64,000 bases of DNA, taken from positions 27,714,001 through 27,778,000 of the forward strand of contig NC_043008.1 in assembly GCF_006345805.1 (NCBI RefSeq), given 5' to 3'. Positions 54,375 through 64,000 of this stretch are shown piece by piece. Position 1 is the stretch's first letter; each line of letters begins with the position of its first letter. Origin of the DNA: Octopus sinensis (taxonomy: Eukaryota). Made by a program: the position numbers and the translations under genes. The notes beneath the pieces were generated by a model. That model made no database searches. It saw only the letters and a program-made list of their open reading frames with translations, and was not told the origin of the DNA.

Positions 54375-54456
54375 TAATAGTAATGATAATGATAATAATA
54401 GCGATGATGATAGTAATAATAATAATAACAATAACAATTACGATAATAATGATAGC

Positions 54457-54512
<56 letters not shown>

Positions 54513-54530
54513 CGATGATAATAATAATAA
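54237..54530. repeat. Compound (GAT)n-(AAC)n-(AAT)n trinucleotide array
   Basis: Direct reading; source of the poly-N/I/L ORFs. Confidence 0.98.
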
Positions 54531-54544
54531 AAAAAGAAAGAAAG

Positions 54545-56395
54545 AAATTAAAAAAGTTCCAATTATAATAAAAGGAAGGCAACGGGAGCAGATGAAATTC
54601 AAGGCTACTGGATCAAGAGAATTGGTGAATGACATGCACGAATATCTGTACAACTCAACACCTTGTTATATGTTATCCAAATAACACTAGAGTAGTTGAC
54701 AATTGGTAGGACAGTCATGTGCTTGAAAAGCATCAATAAAGGCATTTACAGGCCGATATCCCGTTTTCTAATAATGTAGAAGTTATTGACTGCAATAGTC
54801 GCTTAGTCAATGTAACAGACATCTGGTGACAAATGGAGGTCTGCTACATGACAGAAGTGTTCCAAGCGTAAGTGCAGATGTACCAAGGTGTAACTCCTGG
54901 TAGATAAAACTGTACTAAGAGACTGCAAGTGGAGGAAAACTAACTTAATCATGTCACCGATAGATTATCGTAAGGCGTACGATATGATCCCACATTCTTG
55001 AATTAATGAATGTATGAACCTATTTGATATTGCATCGAATGTTCAGTGATTGCATGGAAAAGGATGGCGAAGTTGAGAACGAAACTGACATCATATGAAA
55101 GAAGTTTAGGGAGAATAGAAATTAGGAGAAGCATCTTACCCACTGATCTTTCTACTCAGCACGATACGACGACCACTGATCCTGAGGAAAGCAAAGGCTG
55201 CGCATATATTCAAAAGTTGCCGACTACATGTCAACCACTTATTGTTGATGGATTACATCAAATTTTACGGTAAAGCCGAATCCCGTGTCAGTTCTCTCGT
55301 TGCTACGGTGTATACTTACAGAGCTGACATAAGAATGGAGTTGGGACTGAAAAAGTGCGGTGTATTAGTCTTGAAAAGAGGCAGAATCAAATGTGTGGAC
55401 GGGCTAGCGATACCTTCGGGGGAGGTGATGAAACATGGAAGATATAAGTACTGGGGATAGGGGAAATGGATAAATTAATGAGATAGTAATGACAGAAAAG
55501 ATATAAGGTGGAGTACTTGCACAGGCTGAGAGGGATCCTTAAGTCGAAATTAAATGGACGGAATAAGATTGAAAACAACATAGCATGGTAGGTAAACAAT
55601 GTCGCAGAACCGCTGTCATTCGAAGTAAGAAGATCAGGCTTGTGTAGGATAGAGATTGCAAAGATAAAGCACTGTACAAGGACTTGAGAAAGAATGAAAA
55701 CGAAAATAAATGGATAAAGAAAGGAATGCATGGTCAAATTTATAGGGATGTTGGAGATAAGACAGATGGAGAAAAAAAGATGGCTATGTATGACTAAAAT
55801 TGATTTAAAACCGGAAACGGAGGTTCTAATCTTTGCAGCTTAAGAGCAAGCATTAAGTACTAATTACATCAAATACATAGTACACAACATATCAGAAAGC
55901 TATTAGTGCAGAAGTTTGGAGAAAATGGTGTAATATTATGGCATATTCCCAGCAAATGTACGCCAATAGCCTAGAAAGAATATAAGAGACGTAATGACAA
56001 TACAGGAAGGATTGTCCATTGGATACTTTGCAACAGGTATGGACTTTACAGAGCAAAATGTGGTATGAACATAAAACTGAAGGCATCATCGAAAATGATA
56101 ATGCAAATATCCTATGGGATTGTATCTTTCAGTGCGACCATGAGAAAGAGAATAGGGAACCAGACATAGTATTAACTGAGAAAGAAAGTAAACGATGATG
56201 AATCATAGATATAGCATTCCCAGCGGACAACAAAGTTTGCCATAAAGGAGAAAGAATGTTCGATAGATATGACAGATTAGCTTGGGGGTTTTAGCAGTTG
56301 TGGTCACTTAAAAAAGTGTAGTCGTAACAATAATCGCAGGAGCAGTGGGAACAGTGACTAAATCTTTTGAGAAGTACATAGAACAATTAAGGGTG
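54545..56395 (+). mobile_element. R4/Dong-like non-LTR retrotransposon (RT + CCHC zinc finger + restriction-like endonuclease), decayed and 5'-truncated
   Basis: KATGADEIQGYWIK (domain 0/1), GRTVMCLK..KG..YRPI, IDYRKAYDMIPHS, LLMDYIKFYGK (YMDD equivalent), MELGLKKC, YKY, CR....HI.S.C..A..EY.RRHD-like zinc finger, KILWD, NREPDIV, IDIAFPADNKV, and GAVGTV..FEKYIEQL. Confidence 0.88.
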
Positions 56396-56689
56396 AAGGA
56401 GGAGGAGGAGGTCGAGGAGAAGGAGGAAGATAGTCGCATTATTTCGGAATATATTTATTTTATTTTCCCTGATATATCAAAATATGTTTCATTACAAATT
56501 TAGATACTAATATTAATGGAAGTCGAACATAAAATAAACGACTTTCAGGAAAAGATCTGACATAGAAATAATAAATTGCGAAGAAAACTATGCTAAACAT
56601 TGCTGTCCAATATTTACACGCATGCATCGAGATGAAGTTATATGCATAACTTACGCTGGTTGACTCTGCACTGCTGATTTCCCCCTGGA

Positions 56690-56800
56690 TATCAAGATAA
56701 CACCTGCCCACGTGTGATATCAGCCCAAGGAGGTAGAGCGGTTGCTGCACCGAGTGTCGCTGACCATTGTCCACGGCAACGCCTTTGAAATTATGTTTTA
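56690..56800 (+). mobile_element. Possible C-terminal fragment of another RLE-type non-LTR element
   Basis: ERLLHRVSLTIVHGNAFEI resembles the QR-S-AI-RGNA terminus of CRE/NeSL/R2-type elements. Confidence 0.35.
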
Positions 56801-57939
56801 TGTATTACTGAACACGCCATTAGATCTAGCCTGTATAACATGTTAGTTGTTTGTTGCGTAATTACTTCTTTTCTCATTGTTTCCTTTGTGAGGGAGTTCT
56901 GTTTTACTTCTCGAGTACCTGATCACCTATACTTAAAATGCTTCTTCTCAATTTCCGTAATATAAAATTGTTATTAATAAATATTACTATTGGCTCCTTC
57001 AATAATTACTCACCATGTGATAATGGCATTCCTGTATTCTATAGCTACTTATTCATTACATCGCATACATTATATAGCTTATTAATTGCATTAACGATTC
57101 GAATGACTCGTGAATATTTTAGTTTATTTCGAAAACACATGCATAGGATTTTTCTGAGTATTATTACAAATAATTATTTCATATTCGTTTTAGGAAAATA
57201 AGTTCTTTCTCTATTAGAGTTATATTATTTCTCGTTAAATATATATACTCCCACAAAAAGAACAGGAAATACAGATAAAGCAAAACCGGTTGTTTGTAGT
57301 GTTTTCAAAGCCGAAATAACCATTTGTAAAATAAAGTATTTGTTACCATCGTTTCACAATAATATATATATTGAAACATGACAAACAATTCTAATTTTCT
57401 AATGGCTTTTATGAGATGTGTGATTGATATATTTGTAGTCTAACAAAAAGAAATCAGCCAGAGAATTTATTTTCCCGTACGTATATATATTTCAACTGAT
57501 GTTTTTCTTTATCATTCGTGAAATTTTAATTTTCAAACCTTTCGTAAATCGTTATTTTTCTCAGTAGCCCAAAAAGTTTATATCTATTCGTATTAAAATT
57601 AACATTTATCTACATACAGGGAGATGGACACGTCCAACCATTTTACTGACATGCCAGTTCTGTTCCTTTTATACATTTATAATCACACATATTTGTGCAT
57701 GTGTGCGCGTGTCTGTGTGTGTGTGTTTGCGCGCACGCGTGTGTGTATGTGTCGGTGTGTATATATGTAAGTGTATATATATATATATATTATATTATGT
57801 GTGTGTATACATCAATACATATAACATACATAAATATATATATATATATATATATACAAACATATACATAGATACATACATAAACACACATACATATGTA
57901 TACATAGCTACATATATGCATATGCATATATCTCTTTCT

Positions 57940-58342
57940 CTGTTTTAACTTGTTTCAGTCATTTGACTGCGGCCATGCTGGAGCACCGCCTTTAGTCGAG
58001 CAAATCGACCCCGGGACTTATTCTTTGTAAGCCCTGTACTTATTCTATCGGTCTCTTTTGCCGAACCACTAAATGACGGGGACGTAAACACACCAGCATC
58101 GGTTGTCAAGCAATGCTAGGGGAACAAACACAGACACACAAACACACATACATATATATATATATATACACATATATACGACAGGCTTCTTTCAGTTTCC
58201 GTCTACCAAATCCACTCACAAGGCATTGGTCGGCCCGGGGCTATAGCAGAAGACACTTGCCCAAGATGCCACGCAGTGGGACTGAACCCGGAACCATGTG
58301 GTTGGTTAGCAAGCTACTTACCACACAGCCACTCCTGCGCCT
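57940..58342 (-). mobile_element. tRNA-derived SINE family C, near full length, with internal (AC)/(AT) tract
   Basis: Minus-strand head AGGCGCAGGAGTGGCTGTGTGGTAAG (A-box-like), GGTTCAGTCCC (B-box-like, 58288-58278), GGGCAAGTGTCTTC core, and a tail ending GCTCCAGCATGGCCGCAGTCAAATGACTGAAACAAG. Confidence 0.85.
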
Positions 58343-59617
58343 ATGTATTTATTTATTTATTTACTTATAGTTGCTTACAATTGTTTCAGATATGCTTTTG
58401 GGTGTGTTCATGGTATAACATTACAAGTTTCACTCTATGAATTGATAGACTGCAATCGTAGTAAACTGCTAGTCTCAAAAAAAAAATTTGGAAACAATAA
58501 AATAGGAATGAATTTGGTGAACGTGGCTTTATCATTTATTTTGTGATAAGGTGGTAGACTGCTGAAGATTGACCATTTGGGCACTGGGAAAAATGTAGTA
58601 AACTTTACGTCAAAGTGTCGATGTTAATACTTACGTCGGAGAATAATATCCAAAATAAACGACAGGAGATGGCGGTTTAGTTGTAAACATTATTTAACAA
58701 AACATTTTTATATTTCCCCTATAATTATTCATTTCAATACCTTGATAGTGTCCAGTGGTTTAGAGCTAATAGCATGTTTAAATTTCCCGCTAATCGTCTA
58801 ATATCTTATTTTTTTTTTGTATATCGATATATAAGTTTTTTTATTCTTTTAACATTTAATTTACTTTAGTTTTAATTTAATGTAATTATAATTTTTTAGT
58901 TTTATATTTGAATCCCCCACTATGCGTGATAGTACGAACGACCAAGTTATGTGTGGTGAATATAAAATTTGAGTGTGTCTATACTGTATAAAAAGGAAAC
59001 AATTTTGTGTGTGACTGCCCATCTACAAACACAAATGATTTTATGACAAGCATTTCCTTAGTTTCAGCAGATCTCTGCTTCTATACAAGCTATAGAATGC
59101 CTCCATTCCTCTATTTTTCAAATACTTCACCTCATCCTTTCTTTCCTTTTCTACATTTACTCCTGTTCAATATTATCGCTTTCCTCTACATTTCCTCTTT
59201 ATCTTCAGCAGCCACCATCACCGCCACCACCACCACCACCACCACCACCACCACTGTGTCGATACCATTCCTTCAGTGTTCTGATTTGCTATTACCAGAA
59301 ATTATTCTAACGAACGTAGCATTAAATTTTTGTGTAGTTCAATTTTTCTCAAATAGTTCGTGGAGCGATTGAATAAACTTATAAATGACTAAACTATAAT
59401 GGCTCAAAGAAACAGCTCTAACTCAAATTTCCTGAAATAAAGAGAAGTATGTGTAGATCATTATTTATTAGTTGTCTGGTATGTATATAATGTGTGTGTA
59501 TGCGTCTCAGTGTGTCTGTGTGTCACTGTGTGTATGTATACGTATATACACGGGTATTTAAATGTGTATATATATATATATACATACATACATATATATA
59601 TATATGCATACATATAT

Positions 59618-59676
<59 letters not shown>

Positions 59677-60779
59677 AATCACGCGCCTATATATTAATAT
59701 GAAGTCAACGTGTCTAAGTCTAGAACTAGTGACATCTCCAGTAGGTTAATTTATTAATAAAATCAAATTATTAATTACCAATAATATGATTTGAATACTA
59801 AAACTGAATGAAGAATATATATGCAGATGTCTCTCACATTTTGCCGTACCTCATAGTTTCGACAGTTTTACCCTGACTAAACAAGTTTATTAATCAATAC
59901 AATCTTGATAGACAGTATTCGTGTATAGTACTAGAACTTGTGTGATTGTAATTATAAATGTACTATTTCGAAATATTTGAAATTTCTTCCAACAAGCTGT
60001 AAAACGTGTAAAATATTGACTTAACTATAAGTTTTGTTTGTTTGCCGTAATCCTGATTTCCTGGGTGACTTTGCCTACTGAAGACCCAGAATAATGTATC
60101 TATATCATTGTAATAAAATAAACATTGATTTATTATCATAAGTATATTTTCACATATAAATTCTTATAACGTCAGTCTGTGTATATTGTTTTCATATTGG
60201 TTTGGAGCAAGTATGAGGATGAGTAAGAAGTTAATGCAATTTTATTTCCATTGCTTTATGAATCACACTCATACACGCGAAGATAAAACAAAATGGTGTG
60301 CAAATATGAATTGCATTACTTACTGGTACATTCTAAGAATTTCAGCAATATAATCCCTATCGTTAAAACTGTGAATGTGAAAACTTAGGATGTGACAGAG
60401 CCGGACAACGTATCACACACTTAGACACACACAACTATGCATGCACACACACATATATATATATGTGTGTGTGTTTGCGTGTGTGTGTATGTGTGTGTGT
60501 ATGTTGACGTTATAAGAATTTATAAACGTTCGTGAGAACATAAAATAATTATTTTTGTCACTGTATCTCGAAGGATATAAATTATCTATGTAACATGTAA
60601 ACGGGAAAAAATCAGCATTATCCATTTGATCATACCACTATACCGTCCAATAATTATGCTCGTATCTAGCATTATAATACCTAACGTCTTGAAATAACGG
60701 GAAAGAAAATAATTAATACAATTTAAATTTTAATCTTATCTTCATTAGCCAAAGCACACGAATAAAAAACGCACACGAA

Positions 60780-61110
60780 TCAGAACAAGTAATCAAATGC
60801 AAACGACGACTATTTGCCAGAATAACTACAGAGTTACATGTTCTATAAAGACAACATTAATGTATGACATCTATTGCAATGAATGTACCGAATGTTAGAT
60901 TAGAGAAGTCAAACTGACCTGAAGAATAAGACGACTGAAAATACGATATCCGTACAGAAATCGCAACTAGTGAAAATTTAGACATATGCACAACACCCAG
61001 CTCTCCCAAATTGCCACGCTTCCCTCTTCATCAATGTGTAGACAATACCACAAAGACGTAAAAATGAAGAAATTTTGTTCATTAACATTTTGAAACTGGT
61101 TGAAATGGCT
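60780..61110 (+). mobile_element. Decayed PLE GIY-YIG endonuclease remnant
   Basis: TTLMYDIYCNECTEC*IRE, I..PYRN, and FPLHQCVDNTT.RRKNEEILFI parallel the 1084-1400 endonuclease. Confidence 0.55.
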
Positions 61111-62187
61111 ACGAAAACCTCAATAATATATGATTCACCATGTATCACAGTTGACGGAATTGCGGAATTGACACATATTTTTTCTTATATATTAATTGAT
61201 TACAGTTTAATTTTGGTCATGCCAAATTTTAATTAACATTGATTCATTTCAGACATTTTCACTGACTCCCCTTTACCTTCCTCCTCTTGTGTGATGCGTG
61301 TGTTCGTGTGTGTTTGTGTGTATGTTTGTGCGTGTGTATGTGTATGTGTGTGTTGCTGTGTGTGTGTTGGATTGTCTGTGTTTGGTATGTTTCTTACATT
61401 GTTTTATCTAACACATGGGCACTTGTACACACATGCATATGCACTAATGCACTCACCTTTTCCTTTCTTTCTTACCTTTTTTATTCTCTCCCTCCCGTTC
61501 TATTTATAAATTGCCCTGTAAATACAACCTATTGAAATAGCCGCTGAGAAAATTTAGGGAGCAAAATATCATTTTGCACCATTTGAGATTTTTCAGCTAT
61601 TTTTAACTGCAGTTAAAGAGAACCCCAATCCACTCCTAAGAGTCCCAAAGTAATATTGCTTTTTCACCCGCTTTGACAACATTTTGTAAAAAAAGACAGA
61701 ATCATTCAGTAAAATTATACATGAAACCAGAAAGTGTCACCACACGTTGGTTAATTGAGATTATAGTTGCTCACACAGCAATTCGCTAGAAAAAGGTTAA
61801 AACAAGAATTCTGGCACGATGTTCACCTTTCATAAGAATGCTTTTGATTGAGATATGACATATCCACTGGATTAGAGCCTTTGCCTGTCTTTTTTTACGC
61901 GGCTGTCAAATGTCTCTGATACACGGTCGTAGCCAGGGGCTGACCAGTAATTCTTTTATCTCTTCACGTTCACCTTTCTAAAGGAATCAAAGAATAGTTA
62001 CCTGATTATGACCTCAGTAACATTCTTTCTTTAGAAACAAACAACGCTGTGCGCCACTCAAATTTCCTCATAATATACGCTTTCAAAACCGACAAATTTG
62101 AAGCCAGATAATTGTGTGTGTATGTGTGTGTATAAATATATAAGAGAGAGAGCAAAAGAAAGTAGACGTTAATATACATACATACTT

Positions 62188-62295
<108 letters not shown>

Positions 62296-62319
62296 GAATG
62301 TGTGTGTAATATTTTTATT

Positions 62320-62617
62320 GTTTGAGTCATTTGACTGTGGCCATGCTTGTGCTCCGCTTTTAGTCGAACGAATCGACCCCAGGACGTATTCTTTGTTAGT
62401 TTAGTACTCATTTTATCGACCTCTTTTGTCGAACCGCTCGGGTACAGCGACATAAACCAACTAACATCAGTTGCCAAGCGACGGTGGGGGGAGAAGCACA
62501 GAAACACCAACATATACATACATATATCTATAAACATACGTACATACATACATATACATATATATATATATATAATATATATTATACACACACACACACA
62601 CACATATGTATATATTA

Positions 62618-62695
<78 letters not shown>

Positions 62696-62855
62696 GACGG
62701 GTGTATTTCAGTTTTCGTCTGCTAAATATACTCAAAGGAATATGGTTGGCTCAAGGTTATAGTCGAAGACATTTCCCCAATATGCCACACAATGGGACTG
62801 AATCCAGAAACATTTGGTTAGAAAGCAATCTTCTTGCGACACAGCCACAAACCTG
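62320..62855 (-). mobile_element. Diverged SINE family C with an expanded internal microsatellite
   Basis: GAGTCATTTGACTG.GGCCATGCT..TAGTCGA.C.AATCGACCCCAGGAC... and GAAGACA.TT.CCCAA.ATGCCAC.CA.TGGGACTGAA.CC.GAA.CAT.TGGTT align to 57950-58335. Confidence 0.8.
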
Positions 62856-62993
62856 TATGCATATATGCGTATCATATTCTATAGCTATATGTATATCTAT
62901 CATTCATACAAAGAAATATAGTCAGTAAGATTGATACACACACACACGCACACACACACATATATATATATATTGATAGATAGATATATAAGC

Positions 62994-63087
<94 letters not shown>
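62994..63087. repeat. (GATA)n microsatellite
   Basis: Direct reading, about 23 units. Confidence 0.98.
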
Positions 63088-63088
<1 letters not shown>

Positions 63089-64000
63089 TAGATATCCAAA
63101 TAATATGTTGACGAAAGAAATAGAGATGCCGAACCACCAGCTATAACTTATATTTCTCTCAGTTATAGGCAAACGTGCACCCACGCTGGTTGCTAGTCCG
63201 ATATCGTATAACTTCATGAGAATGATTCCATGAAGATTTTTTTCTCTATGATTATATAAAGAAATGTTACATAATACAATCGAATGCTATAAACTGAGAT
63301 TTATCGCATCATCTGTGATTTTCCAGATCTTTTATTTCCCAAAGTACAAAGCGCGGCAAAAGTCTTTCCAATATTCTCGTATTGAAAACAAAAAAAATTT
63401 CACTGGAAGGCACTCATAGAAATTCGGGTGTTGCCCTCCATGCTGACTCTAGAATTTTTAGGTTAAAATTGCTCACTCTGGACCGCTATACTTAAGATTC
63501 AATATATTTAAGATTTGGTCTTGATCTTCTTAGTGGTATTGATCTTCTTAGTGGTATTCCTATAGATTTTCGGTAGGTGATTTAAAATAAATTGTATTTA
63601 TGTATTTATGCATGCATGTATATTTGTATGCATATATGTTTGTTTGAATGTACATGTGTGGGAGATGTAAATATACACATATGCTCACACATCCTCATAT
63701 ATATCTACATCTTTAAAAATACTGGTTAAAATTTTTGATACGAGACCAACAATTACCGAGCAGGGGTTATGTCGAATATATAAAGCAGAATAATTATTAT
63801 AGATGCTATTTCATTATTTTTACAAGTATGTATACATTTGAAACGCATAACACTTATGCTGAGCAGCTGGATACTACAAGGAAGATTTGACTAATTATCT
63901 ATATAAATACAAGAGAAAGAATTACATAAAATTAAAATATATTGATTTTATTCACATTACTGATTATATACGTTTACGAAACATCTCATGTTTATTTCAT

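Noticed and set aside
58540-58900. Possible additional PLE endonuclease relic (NTYVGE)
   Set aside because: Only one short motif is recognisable; too degraded to call.

Overview
AT-rich eukaryotic (animal) DNA with very dense microsatellites. The tRNA-derived SINEs and (AT)n/(AC)n arrays resemble octopus/cephalopod genomes; this assignment is recalled, not verified. I cannot support any intact host protein-coding gene, and most entries in the ORF track are microsatellite artefacts. The window is mainly decayed mobile DNA: several Penelope-like retroelement (PLE) pieces with GIY-YIG endonuclease motifs, RTE and R4/Dong-type LINE fragments, two mariner, one Tc1 and one hAT transposase remnant, a Helitron/PIF1 helicase fragment, a 1197-bp solo-LTR-like element with an ATAT target-site duplication, a TTAA MITE and three SINE families. 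The most interesting layer is a set of minimal type I hammerhead ribozyme (HHR) folds with palindromic stem III, found by manual folding. One has a fully canonical core (37792-37880, minus). One has a U3-A8 core at the end of the first PLE (1614-1653). One has an apparent G3-C8 swapped core inside a ~270-bp fold-back element (5925-5975). Several more are degenerate. Their 3' ends repeatedly abut (TA)n arrays. The window also starts with a 960-bp near-perfect palindrome of PLE sequence and contains an unexplained ~34-45-bp-stem hairpin at 43421-43515. All alignments and folds were done by eye, and coordinates of decayed elements are approximate.
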